A stretch of DNA of 64,000 nucleotides, from NCBI GenBank assembly GCA_045615765.1, contig JAZLFM010000014.1, positions 629-64,628 of the forward strand, in the 5' to 3' direction. This document shows positions 30,772 through 40,116 of this stretch, in pieces. The position numbers were made by a program, and so were the translations under genes. The notes under the pieces are model-generated. The model searched no databases. It saw only the letters and a program-made list of their open reading frames with translations, and was not told where the DNA came from. This DNA is from Bacteroidales bacterium (GTDB lineage Bacteria; Bacteroidota; Bacteroidia; Bacteroidales; UBA1715). Position 1 is the stretch's first letter. Each line of letters begins with the position of its first letter.

Positions 30772-31815
30772 TTACTGTTTTGTATAAATTGTTTGTGTTG
30801 GGAATGCAAATTCAAGTCCATTCGCATTAAATTGACGAAGAATTTCCATATTTACTTCGGATTGAGTTAGGAAATAGTCGCCAGATTTCTTTATGAAATA
30901 TGCAAACATTATCTGCAACGAGAAATCGCCATATTGCATAAAACTAACAACGGTTGTTTCTTCAATATTTGGTATTGACTTTGGTAAATTGCGCAACAAT
31001 TCCATTGCCAATTCCATTTTTTCTGGAGTGGTGTCGTAAGTTAGACCAAGATTCAGAGTAATTTTTGTTGAAGGTTCAGAATTAACATTTTCTATAGCGC
31101 TATCTACAACCATAGAGTTTGGAATTGTAACCATTCTATTATTCAATGTTTGGATTCGAAGGCTGCGCAAACCAATATGCATTACAAAACCTTCAATTCC
31201 ATTAAAGCGAATTCTATCACCTAAATTAAATGGACGGTCAAACACAAGCATTATACCGCCAAAAAGGTTTTTAATGGTATCTTGTGCAGCCAACGCAACT
31301 GCCATACCACCAATACCAAGACCGGCAATAAGAGTTCCTATCTCAATGCCGATGTTGTTCATCGCAACAAGAACACCCAAAGCCCATATAATATACTTTA
31401 CGATTCGCAATATAAGATTTGACACAGCCTCATTTAACTTAGCATCCTTTTTCTCTGTAAATCGTGTCAATACATCTTGTAGCACGGCAGAAATCACACG
31501 AGAAATTGCCCAAGTAAAATTTATGACAATAAGTACTGTATAGGCTTTTTCTATCGAAGAAGCCACAAAAGCAGACAATGCCAATCGCTTCAACGCGTAC
31601 CAAATTGATGCGATAATTGCCGCAAACATAAAAGGAGCACGGAAATTCTCAACTAAAATATCATCTACAGTCGATTCTGTTTTAGCTGCAAGTTTTCCGA
31701 ACACTTTAGTAAAAATCAAATAAATTAACTTTGCCAAGAAAAATCCACCTACTGCAATGCCTAATGAAATCAATAAATTTAGGATAGTATTACCCCATAA
31801 AACCTGTTCTAACAT
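30772..31815 (-). CDS. mscS: mechanosensitive ion channel, MscS family
   Basis: TM helices followed by the MscS beta domain FDRPFNLGDRIRFNGIEGFVMHIGLRSLRIQTLNNRMVTIPNS. The start is moved to the ATG at 31815 (MLEQVLWG...) because the -7 box covers the ORF-track TTG. Confidence 0.85.
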   Translation of the reverse strand: MLEQVLWGNTILNLLISLGIAVGGFFLAKLIYLIFTKVFGKLAAKTESTVDDILVENFRAPFMFAAIIASIWYALKRLALSAFVASSIEKAYTVLIVINFTWAISRVISAVLQDVLTRFTEKKDAKLNEAVSNLILRIVKYIIWALGVLVAMNNIGIEIGTLIAGLGIGGMAVALAAQDTIKNLFGGIMLVFDRPFNLGDRIRFNGIEGFVMHIGLRSLRIQTLNNRMVTIPNSMVVDSAIENVNSEPSTKITLNLGLTYDTTPEKMELAMELLRNLPKSIPNIEETTVVSFMQYGDFSLQIMFAYFIKKSGDYFLTQSEVNMEILRQFNANGLEFAFPTQTIYTKQ

Positions 31816-31833
31816 ACGTAATAATTTTTGCGG

Positions 31834-31841
31834 CAAAAATA
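31834..31841 (-). promoter_or_regulatory. Bacteroidota-type -7 promoter box for mscS
   Basis: TATTTTTG on the minus strand, 18 nt before the ATG at 31815. Confidence 0.55.
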
Positions 31842-31898
31842 GTGAACTCTAAAACACTACCATTACCCAAATGAAAGAAAAAGCGTTATACACGCAAA

Positions 31899-32165
31899 TT
31901 ATTTGTCTATTTTTATAATATTCTCACCAAGAACATACGAGATATCGGCAATAGTTGCAAGTGTAAAATTATGAAACCCACACATCCATTTGCTTATTTC
32001 CTGTTCTTTCTTCCCCATTTGCAGAGCAAGATCTTTTTGTGTCATACCTTTCTTTTTAAGAATTACAGAAATTCTTTCCGATACCGAATACATTAGTTCA
32101 TAACGATTTCTATCCTTTTCAGGAATCTTTGCTAATTCCGAACGAAACAAAGCATTTGTAATCAT
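31899..32165 (-). CDS. XRE-family helix-turn-helix protein (putative HigA-like antitoxin)
   Basis: 88 aa. The HTH reads GMTQKDLALQMGKKEQEISKWMCGFHNFTLATIADI. There is a 4-nt ATGA overlap with the upstream ORF. Confidence 0.8.
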   Translation of the reverse strand: MITNALFRSELAKIPEKDRNRYELMYSVSERISVILKKKGMTQKDLALQMGKKEQEISKWMCGFHNFTLATIADISYVLGENIIKIDK

Positions 32166-32638
32166 AATGTGAAAATTTTCTCCTCTATATGCGTAATTAT
32201 ATTTTTCTCTATCGTAATTTCTCCATTTTTTTGAGCTTGTTTTAACAACGATTCAAATTTCTGAAGACTAATCACATATCCTAACAACTCTTCATCTTCT
32301 TGATATGTCCGCGTTTTCTTAACACCTCCATTCCCAACTATCAAGATTTGATCTGAAATTCTCAAACAATACAATCGTAATTTTTTAGAATTAATTGAAA
32401 GCGCACAAACAGAATCATTCATTTTTCCTTCAATTCTAAAATGCCTCTCAAATACCCCATTAGATACAATCTTGGACAGTGCAAAAAGAATTTTCTTATA
32501 ATCTTCATTCACTTCACCATTATCTTTGAATTTCAAGATAAACTTCTCAAATTCACTCTCTTGTTCTTCGTTAAAGCAGATAGAATACAAGCTTACAGTA
32601 TCGGTCTGCTCGATTGTTTTTAGTTTAGCTTTTGCCAT
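32162..32638 (-). CDS. putative RelE/HigB (Gp49-like) toxin with N-terminal extension
   Basis: 158 aa. The core LRLYCLRISDQILIVGNGGVKKTRTYQEDEEL resembles the RelE/ParE-superfamily beta-sheet plus GxxKK segment. Toxin-first gene order as in higBA. Confidence 0.55.
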   Translation of the reverse strand: MAKAKLKTIEQTDTVSLYSICFNEEQESEFEKFILKFKDNGEVNEDYKKILFALSKIVSNGVFERHFRIEGKMNDSVCALSINSKKLRLYCLRISDQILIVGNGGVKKTRTYQEDEELLGYVISLQKFESLLKQAQKNGEITIEKNIITHIEEKIFTL

Positions 32639-32664
32639 AATGTTATGTTAATTGTGTTGTATGG

Positions 32665-32672
32665 CAAATATA
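32665..32672 (-). promoter_or_regulatory. Bacteroidota-type -7 promoter box for the toxin-antitoxin pair
   Basis: TATATTTG on the minus strand, 26 nt before the ATG at 32638. Confidence 0.5.
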
Positions 32673-32724
32673 CACTTTTTCGTAGAAAACTAAACTTACA
32701 AGTTGATTTTTCGCAATTGTACAT

Positions 32725-32757
32725 AAAAAAACCTCGATTCTTTCGAATCGAGGTTTT
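32725..32757 (-). terminator. rho-independent terminator after the 32779-33297 lipoprotein gene
   Basis: CCTCGATTC-TTTC-GAATCGAGG, a perfect 9-bp stem flanked by A7 and T4. On the minus strand the hairpin is followed by T7. Confidence 0.8.
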
Positions 32758-32778
32758 ATATTTAAACAAGATTATATC

Positions 32779-33297
32779 TTATTTAAGGATGTAAACTGTC
32801 ATAGACAAATCTTCAGCAGCTTCATCGTAGTTAGTGATTTCGAAGAAACCTTTGCATTTGTCGTTCATGAAAGCAACAGCTTTTTTACCGTTTTCAAGTT
32901 TACGGCTGATCTTAACTTCAGTATCTTTGAAATCAGATTCGTTAAGTTTAGATGCTTTTGCAACAGAAGCTTCACCGATAACAGCGAATTTAGTTTCAGA
33001 AGCTTGTTTTTTAACGATTTCGTTTTCAGCAACTGTACCAGAGATGAATTGGAAATCTTCAGCAAGAGTTGAGAAGCAGAAAATTACATTACCTGCTTGG
33101 TCACCTAGTTGTACTTTTGTTTGAACACCATTGTCACAAGTGTAGAATGAACCGTTTGCAGATTTTGCACCACCCATTACAACCATTGATTGAACTGCTT
33201 CAGCATCAGATGCGCAGAAAGCGATTTCTTCTTCATCACAAGATGCCATTCCGAATGCTGCTACAAGAGCAAGAGCGAAAAATTTTAATTTTTTCAT
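32779..33297 (-). CDS. hypothetical lipoprotein
   Basis: Lipoprotein signal MKKLKFFALALVAAFGMASCDEEE. 172 aa. Codon usage resembles the highly expressed genes in this window (gap, pckA, atp). Confidence 0.7.
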   Translation of the reverse strand: MKKLKFFALALVAAFGMASCDEEEIAFCASDAEAVQSMVVMGGAKSANGSFYTCDNGVQTKVQLGDQAGNVIFCFSTLAEDFQFISGTVAENEIVKKQASETKFAVIGEASVAKASKLNESDFKDTEVKISRKLENGKKAVAFMNDKCKGFFEITNYDEAAEDLSMTVYILK

Positions 33298-33340
33298 AAC
33301 TTTGTTTGTTTAATTAGTTAATAATATATTTTAGACAAGG

Positions 33341-33348
33341 CAAAAATA
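33341..33348 (-). promoter_or_regulatory. Bacteroidota-type -7 promoter box for the 32779-33297 lipoprotein gene
   Basis: TATTTTTG on the minus strand, 43 nt before the ATG at 33297. Confidence 0.55.
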
Positions 33349-33635
33349 CGATTTTTTTAGAAACACACATACAATAACATATTTTTTTATCACATAGCAT
33401 TATACAAACACACCTGTTTTAACCTATTTCATAATTTATTCGTTGAAACAATCGTTTCCCCAATGTATTGGATTTAATCGTATATAATTCACAATACGTT
33501 CATACGACATTTGGGTACGAATTATATGTTCATAATAATTTCGTTGCCACACATTTTCACCAATTGTATGGTGCAATTCATTTATTTTTCGTGCGGAAAA
33601 TGTTTTAAATCCACGAACAATTTCCGTCAACGGTT

Positions 33636-33663
33636 TTGTAGGGGAAGGTTTCAAACCTTCCCC
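33636..33663. repeat. REP-like perfect palindrome copy 1 (inside the RAYT-like ORF)
   Basis: TTGTAGGGGAAGGTTTCAAACCTTCCCC. 11-bp arms GGGGAAGGTTT / AAACCTTCCCC around a single C. Confidence 0.9.
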
Positions 33664-33689
33664 GATGAATAATTTCGAATTGTTTGTTG

Positions 33690-33720
33690 TTGTAGGGGAA
33701 GGTTTCAAACCTTCCCCTAC
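33690..33720. repeat. REP-like perfect palindrome copy 2 (inside the RAYT-like ORF)
   Basis: The same 28-nt unit, 54 bp (18 codons) from copy 1. The arms are extended to 14 bp (GTAGGGGAAGGTTT / AAACCTTCCCCTAC). Confidence 0.9.
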
Positions 33721-34022
33721 GGGGGATACCATATCCATAACCGATAATATTTGAACAATGCCATGAAAATGATTTGGCATCACAACATAATCATGTAACC
33801 GGATTGATGGGTAATGGTCTATTAAATGTTTCCAAACATATTCCACGATTTTTCCATTTTCATTTAAAACCATTTTGTTATTCACAATTTTCCCAAATCT
33901 ATGGATACGATTACGGGTACAAATTGTTACAAAATATAATCCAGGTAATGAATAATCATATCCTTTCAATCGAATTGATTTTCTTTTTTTCATTATTGTA
34001 TGCTTGCGGGTTAATACTATCA

Positions 34023-34030
34023 CAAACATA
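34023..34030 (-). promoter_or_regulatory. Bacteroidota-type -7 promoter box for the RAYT-like gene
   Basis: TATGTTTG on the minus strand, 29 nt before the ATG at 33993. Confidence 0.45.
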
Positions 34031-34099
34031 CACAAAACGCATTGTGTTTCAAATAGTTATTTTTCTAAACATACATAAATAAATAGATATAACCATAAA

Positions 34100-34133
34100 T
34101 AAAAAAGCAGAATCTCATTTCTGAAATTCTGCT
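34100..34133 (-). terminator. rho-independent terminator of the atp operon (after atpG)
   Basis: On the minus strand, AGCAGAAU...AUUCUGCU is followed by U6. Confidence 0.7.
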
Positions 34134-34156
34134 CTCTTATAAATTTGAGAATTTAT

Positions 34157-35038
34157 CTATCCTTGTAATGCATTAGCACCACTTACGATTTCGTTCAACT
34201 CGTTCGTAATTGCAGCTTGACGAGCTTTGTTGTACTCAATCTTAAGATCTTTCAAAAGAGTACCTGCATTATCAGTTGCTTTATGCATTGCAGTCATTCG
34301 AGCACCGTGTTCCGAAGCGTATGAATCTAACAAAATGCTGTAGAACTGCGTTTTCAAAGACTTTGGAATCAATTCATTTACAATATATTCCTTATTTGGT
34401 TCAAAAATATAATCGTAGTTAAATGACGATGAAGATTCCGATTCGTCTTGAACTATTGGCAAGTATTGAGCAGTTGTAATAATTTGTGTTGCCGCATTTT
34501 TGAATTTATTATACACAACAACAACCTTATCGTAAGTACCTGCAACAAATTCGTTCATTATTTCTTCAGAAATTTTCGAAACTTCCGCATAGGTCAAAGA
34601 ATCAAATATTTCTACAAACGACTTCGAAGCGACAATACCTTTACTTTTCAAAGAATCGCAAACTTTTTTACCAATTGCATACACTGTTACATTACCTGCT
34701 GCATTTTGATTTGCATAATCGGATTTTATTAAAGTAGCAACTGTTTTTCCAATATTTGAGTTGAAACCGCCACACAAACCACTATTCGAAGCAACAGCAA
34801 CAATCAAAATCTTATTTTCTGGACGAGCAACTGCATAGGCATTACCTTCGCTCGACTCCAAGCCACTGCTTACATTACGCAAGATTTCTTGCAATTTCTC
34901 TGAATAAGGACGCATTTGCAATACTGCTTGTTGAGCTTTACGCAATTTTGCAGCAGACACCATTTTCATGGCGCTGGTGATTTTTTGCGTACTGCTTACC
35001 GAAGCGATTCTATTGCGTATTTCCTTAATACCTGCCAT
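34157..35038 (-). CDS. atpG: F0F1 ATP synthase subunit gamma
   Basis: MAGIKEIRNRIASVSSTQKITSAMKMVSAAKLRKAQ... ends in ...ITNELNEIVSGANALQG. 293 aa. Confidence 0.95.
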   Translation of the reverse strand: MAGIKEIRNRIASVSSTQKITSAMKMVSAAKLRKAQQAVLQMRPYSEKLQEILRNVSSGLESSEGNAYAVARPENKILIVAVASNSGLCGGFNSNIGKTVATLIKSDYANQNAAGNVTVYAIGKKVCDSLKSKGIVASKSFVEIFDSLTYAEVSKISEEIMNEFVAGTYDKVVVVYNKFKNAATQIITTAQYLPIVQDESESSSSFNYDYIFEPNKEYIVNELIPKSLKTQFYSILLDSYASEHGARMTAMHKATDNAGTLLKDLKIEYNKARQAAITNELNEIVSGANALQG

Positions 35039-35141
35039 GTTATTAGTTATTAGTGTTTAGAGATTAGTTATTGGTGTTTAGTGAAGACGATAAGTGAAAA
35101 GGAAACCTAATCACTTATCATTAATCACTATCCGTTAATCA
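35039..35141 (-). repeat. repeat-rich 103-nt atpA-atpG spacer
   Basis: Two 19-nt direct repeats (35042-35060 and 35063-35081, 1 mismatch). A 9-bp hairpin GATAAGTGA/TCACTTATC (35089-35119). Three TAATCACT copies (starting at 35108, 35122 and 35136). Confidence 0.8.
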
Positions 35142-36722
35142 CTATTTTTTATATTTTGCTGAAACTTCTTTTGCCGCAGTTGCCAAAATTGCCTTAATGT
35201 CGTCGTCGATTGCACCACCAGCAATTTTATCAAGCGTATCTTTATGTTTCAAATCAAGATATTCTAAATATTCTTTTTCGAAATCAAGAACCTTGTCGAT
35301 TGGAACATCGCCCAATAAACCTTGAGTACCACAATAAATGATTGCAACTTGATGTTGAACCTTCATTGGAGAATATTGTCCTTGTTTCAAAATTTGAACG
35401 TTTCTACGACCTTTAGCCAACACAGCCATTGTTGCAGCATCCAAATCAGAACCGAATTTAGAGAATGCCTCCAATTCACGGAATTGAGCTTGATCCACAC
35501 GCAATGTACCAGCAACTTTCTTCATAGCCTTGATTTGAGCGTTACCACCCACACGAGACACAGAGATACCTACATTGATTGCAGGGCGAATACCAGCGTG
35601 GAACAAACTAGATTCAAGATAAATCTGACCGTCTGTAATAGAGATCACATTTGTTGGAATATATGCCGAAACGTCACCTTCTTGAGTTTCAATAATTGGA
35701 AGAGCAGTCAAAGAACCACCACCTTTTATTTTACCTTTCAATGAAGCAGGAACGTCGTTCATATTTTGAGCAACTTCATCGTTTGCGATAATCTTAGCAG
35801 CTCTTTCTAGCAAACGAGAGTGCAAATAGAACACATCACCTGGATATGCTTCACGTCCTGGTGGACGACGAAGAAGCAAAGACACTTCACGATATGCAAC
35901 TGCTTGCTTTGACAAATCATCATAGATAATCAATGCTGGACGACCAGTATCACGGAAGTACTCACCAATTGCACAACCTGCGAATGGAGCATAATATTGC
36001 AATGCTGCAGGATCAGATGCTGTAGATGATACGATAGTTGTATAAGCCATAGCACCATGAGCTTCCAATGTTTTTGCTATACTTGCTACAGTAGAACCTT
36101 TTTGACCAACTGCTACATAAATACAGTAAACAGGTTCACCTTTTTCGTAGAATTCTTTTTGATTGATGATGGTATCGATAGCAATTGCAGTTTTACCAGT
36201 TTGACGGTCACCAATAATCAACTCACGTTGACCACGACCAACAGGAATCATTGCATCGATTGGTTTAATACCAGTTTGTAATGGTTCTGTTACAGGTTGA
36301 CGATACAAAATACCAGGAGCTTTTCTTTCAAGTGGCATTTCCAACAATTCTCCTGTAATATCACCTTTACCATCAATTGCTTCACCCAATGTATTTACAA
36401 CACGGCCAAGAAGACCTTCGCCCACCATAATAGAGGCGATTTTTTGTGTACGTTTTACTGTATCGCCTTCGCTAATACCATCTGATTCACCAAGAAGAAC
36501 GGCACCAACATTGTCTTCTTCAAGGTTTAGCACGATACCTTTTGTTCCATTCGAGAACTCGATCATTTCATTGGCTTGTACATTTGTCAAACCATGAATA
36601 CGAGCAATACTATCACCTACTGAAAGTACTGTTCCAACTTCTTCTAATTCAGTTTCAGTCTTGTAGCCTTCAAGCTGTTTTTTCAAGATTTCCGAAACCT
36701 CTGCTGGTTTTATATCTGCCAT
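35142..36722 (-). CDS. atpA: F0F1 ATP synthase subunit alpha
   Basis: 526 aa. Walker [10 protein letters not shown]. Confidence 0.95.
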   Translation of the reverse strand: MADIKPAEVSEILKKQLEGYKTETELEEVGTVLSVGDSIARIHGLTNVQANEMIEFSNGTKGIVLNLEEDNVGAVLLGESDGISEGDTVKRTQKIASIMVGEGLLGRVVNTLGEAIDGKGDITGELLEMPLERKAPGILYRQPVTEPLQTGIKPIDAMIPVGRGQRELIIGDRQTGKTAIAIDTIINQKEFYEKGEPVYCIYVAVGQKGSTVASIAKTLEAHGAMAYTTIVSSTASDPAALQYYAPFAGCAIGEYFRDTGRPALIIYDDLSKQAVAYREVSLLLRRPPGREAYPGDVFYLHSRLLERAAKIIANDEVAQNMNDVPASLKGKIKGGGSLTALPIIETQEGDVSAYIPTNVISITDGQIYLESSLFHAGIRPAINVGISVSRVGGNAQIKAMKKVAGTLRVDQAQFRELEAFSKFGSDLDAATMAVLAKGRRNVQILKQGQYSPMKVQHQVAIIYCGTQGLLGDVPIDKVLDFEKEYLEYLDLKHKDTLDKIAGGAIDDDIKAILATAAKEVSAKYKK

Positions 36723-36733
36723 AATAACTTATT

Positions 36734-37276
36734 TTACTTATTTGCCATTAATTCATTTTTAACTTGTTTCAATCGTGTTTTCACACTTGCATCATATTGC
36801 ATATCCTCAACACGAAGCACAAAACCACCCAACAAAGAAGGATCTATGTTTGTTTGTAGTTCCACTTCGGTGTTTTTGCCTTTCTTTACAAGATCAACAA
36901 TAGATGATTGTTGTTCTGCAGACAATGGAGTAGCTGATGTTAGTGTTACTGCAGTTATACCTGCTTTCTTTCTATAAATATCAAGAACATTGCGCAAAAT
37001 GTCTTGAATATAGATTTCACGATTGTTTGCAATAACAAGATTGAGGAAATCTATCATTTCCTTGCTTACTTTTCCAGTTAACAAGGCAGAAACAAAAGAT
37101 TTTTTCTTGCTAGGCTTTACAATAGGATTTTGGAAAACCTCAGCAAGTTCAGCAATCTCGTTCAAACTCTTCGAAAGTAGCTTTACATCGGCAATAACAG
37201 TATCAAGCACGCCTCGTTCCGAAGCGAACTCAAACAATGCCTTTGCGTAGCGTACCGAGATTTTACTTTGATTCAT
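36734..37276 (-). CDS. atpH: F0F1 ATP synthase subunit delta (OSCP)
   Basis: 180 aa. Operon position between atpF and atpA, and an N-terminus VRYAKALFEFA typical of OSCP. Confidence 0.9.
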   Translation of the reverse strand: MNQSKISVRYAKALFEFASERGVLDTVIADVKLLSKSLNEIAELAEVFQNPIVKPSKKKSFVSALLTGKVSKEMIDFLNLVIANNREIYIQDILRNVLDIYRKKAGITAVTLTSATPLSAEQQSSIVDLVKKGKNTEVELQTNIDPSLLGGFVLRVEDMQYDASVKTRLKQVKNELMANK

Positions 37277-37294
37277 ATGTATTGTTTTTGAATC

Positions 37295-37789
37295 CTAATT
37301 TAATTTCAAATTATTGATAGATTCAGAAATAATAGTATCTGAAGCTGATTTATTTTCCAATTCTTTACCAATAACTTTTTCTGCAATTTCAAAAGACAAA
37401 GCTGCAACTTGGCTTTTTAATTCCTGCATTGCCTGGTTCTTTTCATTCTCAATTGCTTGTTTTGCCGAAGCCATAATCTTATTTGCTTCCTCTGTCGCAT
37501 CAACTTTGGCTTGAGAAATCATTTGTTCACGAAGTTCACGAGCTTCTTTCAACAAAGCATCGCGTTCTTTTCGTGCTTCAGCAACGATTTTTTCGTTATC
37601 GGCTTGAAGTGCTTTCATTTCTGCTTTTGTTGTTTCTGCAAGTTTCAAAGCATCTTCAATAGATTTATTACGTTCGTTTATCATTCCCAACACTGGTTTC
37701 CAAGCGAACTTAATCAAAAGGAAAACAACAAGTAAGAATGTAATCGTTGTCCAAAATACTAAACCTATACCGGGAGTTACTAAATCCAT
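37295..37789 (-). CDS. atpF: F0F1 ATP synthase subunit b
   Basis: 164 aa. One N-terminal TM helix followed by a long charged helix. Operon position supports the call. Confidence 0.9.
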   Translation of the reverse strand: MDLVTPGIGLVFWTTITFLLVVFLLIKFAWKPVLGMINERNKSIEDALKLAETTKAEMKALQADNEKIVAEARKERDALLKEARELREQMISQAKVDATEEANKIMASAKQAIENEKNQAMQELKSQVAALSFEIAEKVIGKELENKSASDTIISESINNLKLN

Positions 37790-37873
37790 ATTATATTGTT
37801 TGTTAAATTTTCCGTTTCAAAAAGGGATCTTTTAAAGCCAACCGCTCTAAAAGAGTCCCTCATTTGTTTTTTG

Positions 37874-38092
<219 letters not shown>

Positions 38093-38121
38093 TTAAGTTA
38101 AACAAAAAATAAATTTCAATT

Positions 38122-39210
38122 TTAATGTCCGTGACCTTCTGGCATTGCAAGACCTATAAACAAAGCCGACAACATTGTAAATATATATGCTTGCAAAGCT
38201 GCAACGAACAATTCAAGAACATCCATGAACATCACGAAGAATACCGAAACAGGAGCAATAGCCAATGTTCCAAATATGAAAATCAGTGATGTCAAACTCA
38301 ACACAATAATGTGACCTGCTGTGATGTTCGCAAACAAACGAATCATCAAAGCGAATGGTTTCGTAAAGATACCTATTACTTCTACCACAGCCATAATTGG
38401 CAACAACGGCCAAGGCAAACCTGGCATAGCAAAAATATCTTTCCAATATTCTTTATTACCACTCACATTTGTTATTATCAAAGTGAAAACTGCCAACACG
38501 AATGTAAAGGCGATATTACCAGAAACATTCGCACTACCAGGGAAGAATGGGATCAATCCCATCATGTTTGTAATCCAAATAAAGAAGAATACTGTCAACA
38601 AGTATGGCAAGTATTTATCTGTATGTTTTCCCAAATTAGGTTCTACAACATCTTCTTTTATAAACAATATCACTGGTTCCAACCATGCTTGCAATCCTTT
38701 TGGTGCTTGACCAGGACGACGTTTGTAAGCATTCGCTAAACTAATAAACATCACCAACATAATGATTGCAACCAAGAACAATGTGAACACATTCTTTGTT
38801 ATAGAAAAATCAAGTGGACCATTTTCTGTAGCATTACCATTTTCATCGACATATACGATATCTTGGCCACCCATTGCCTTTGCTACCATTTTATATGTAT
38901 GGTCACCTTTTGTCACCGTTTTGTGTCCATGTTCAAATTCACTAGACATAAAACAATCTATAGAAAAAGGATTTGTGTTAACTAAAATAATAGGCAAAGG
39001 GAACCCAACAGCGTGTTCTGTTCCATCTTCTTTAGTGATGTCAAACATGTGCCAATCGTGATTATCACCAATATGGCCAAAAATTGTTGAGTTTATATCA
39101 AATTCAGATTCCGCCTTTGCAGAACCTTCTTCTTGAGCAAAAGAGATACAAGAAAAAAGAATCGCAGCACAAAATGCTAAAAGTTTTCTTTTTGTAGGTT
39201 TAAAAAACAT
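38122..39210 (-). CDS. atpB: F0F1 ATP synthase subunit a
   Basis: Conserved Arg region LMIRLFANITAGH. Long N-terminal extension with a signal-like start, MFFKPTKRKLLAFCAAILF. The start is moved to the ATG at 39210 because of the -7 box position. Confidence 0.9.
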   Translation of the reverse strand: MFFKPTKRKLLAFCAAILFSCISFAQEEGSAKAESEFDINSTIFGHIGDNHDWHMFDITKEDGTEHAVGFPLPIILVNTNPFSIDCFMSSEFEHGHKTVTKGDHTYKMVAKAMGGQDIVYVDENGNATENGPLDFSITKNVFTLFLVAIIMLVMFISLANAYKRRPGQAPKGLQAWLEPVILFIKEDVVEPNLGKHTDKYLPYLLTVFFFIWITNMMGLIPFFPGSANVSGNIAFTFVLAVFTLIITNVSGNKEYWKDIFAMPGLPWPLLPIMAVVEVIGIFTKPFALMIRLFANITAGHIIVLSLTSLIFIFGTLAIAPVSVFFVMFMDVLELFVAALQAYIFTMLSALFIGLAMPEGHGH

Positions 39211-39249
39211 AATTCTAAAATTTTTTACCTCGTACAATTTACAATCTTA

Positions 39250-39257
39250 CAAATGTA
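39250..39257 (-). promoter_or_regulatory. Bacteroidota-type -7 promoter box for the atpBEFHAG operon
   Basis: TACATTTG on the minus strand, 39 nt before the ATG at 39210. Confidence 0.55.
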
Positions 39258-39321
39258 AAAATTTTTTCTAAAATCTTTAACAAATCATGTTTTTTTTGAA
39301 AGAAATATTTTTGATTCTATA

Positions 39322-40116
39322 TTATAATGTATACTTAAATACAAAATCGCCATTTACGAGCTCTATTTCGAACACTTTTTTAGGGAAAGCAGTTGCAAAT
39401 GAATGTTTTTGAACTAATTCTTGTGGCGAACCTATTTCTATAGTCCCACCCTTTTGCATAAGCCAAACGGTATCGGCTACATGTAATGCCAATTCCAATT
39501 CGTGAGTTGAAAGTAAAATAGCTTTATTTGTTTCGTGTGCCAATTTTCGTAGCAACAACATTGTCTCTATACGATTTGGCAAATCCAAATGTGCGGTTGG
39601 TTCGTCTAACAAAATAAAAGGTGTATCCTGTGCCAAAGACTTCGCTATCATTGTGCGTTGTTTTTCTCCATCACTCAAACAACTAAAGTCCTTATCCGCA
39701 ATATCTTGCAATCCAACCATTTGTATAGCATTTTCTACATACTGCTCATCTTCGGCTGTCATTGTGCCATACCACGAAGTGTACGGAAATCGACCTAATG
39801 CCACAATAGATTTCACAGACATATTTGCAACAGAAACGGATTCCGTGAAAACAACGCTCATTGCCTTAGCACGCTGTTCCACCGTAAGCAATGACAAATC
39901 ACTACCTTCAATTGAAACACTTCCTGACAACAATGGTTGCATACCAGAAATAGAACGAATTAAGGTTGATTTTCCGCAACCGTTCGTTCCCAGCAGACAA
40001 ACCATTTCACCACGATTAATGCGTAAGGAAACATTCTCTGCAACTATATGTTTTGTTTGTTTGGAACAATACCCTATCGAAGCATTAGAAACGGAAAGTG
40101 TTGGTGCGTTCATCAT
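39322..40116 (-). CDS. ABC transporter ATP-binding protein (FecE/BtuD-like), no permease or binding protein adjacent
   Basis: Walker A GTNGCGKST, signature LSDGEKQR, Walker B FILLDEPTAHLD. 4-nt overlap with the ubiX stop. Confidence 0.8.
   Translation of the reverse strand: MMNAPTLSVSNASIGYCSKQTKHIVAENVSLRINRGEMVCLLGTNGCGKSTLIRSISGMQPLLSGSVSIEGSDLSLLTVEQRAKAMSVVFTESVSVANMSVKSIVALGRFPYTSWYGTMTAEDEQYVENAIQMVGLQDIADKDFSCLSDGEKQRTMIAKSLAQDTPFILLDEPTAHLDLPNRIETMLLLRKLAHETNKAILLSTHELELALHVADTVWLMQKGGTIEIGSPQELVQKHSFATAFPKKVFEIELVNGDFVFKYTL

Larger units (their letters stand above)
33436..33993 (-). mobile_element. REP-associated tyrosine transposase-like gene (IS200/IS605 Y1 HUH family, RAYT-like), solo, no terminal repeats seen
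   Basis: 185 aa from MKKRKSIRLKGYDY. HUH motif PNHFHGIV and the C-terminal catalytic Tyr region WQRNYYEHIIR. Two palindrome-encoded GEGLKPSPT inserts lie between the two motifs. Confidence 0.75.

Noticed and set aside
32834-33299. Three overlapping ORFs (96, 66 and 76 aa) on both strands within 32779-33297
   Set aside because: The 172-aa minus-strand ORF has a canonical lipoprotein signal, a promoter box and a terminator. The others are shadow frames of its biased codon usage.
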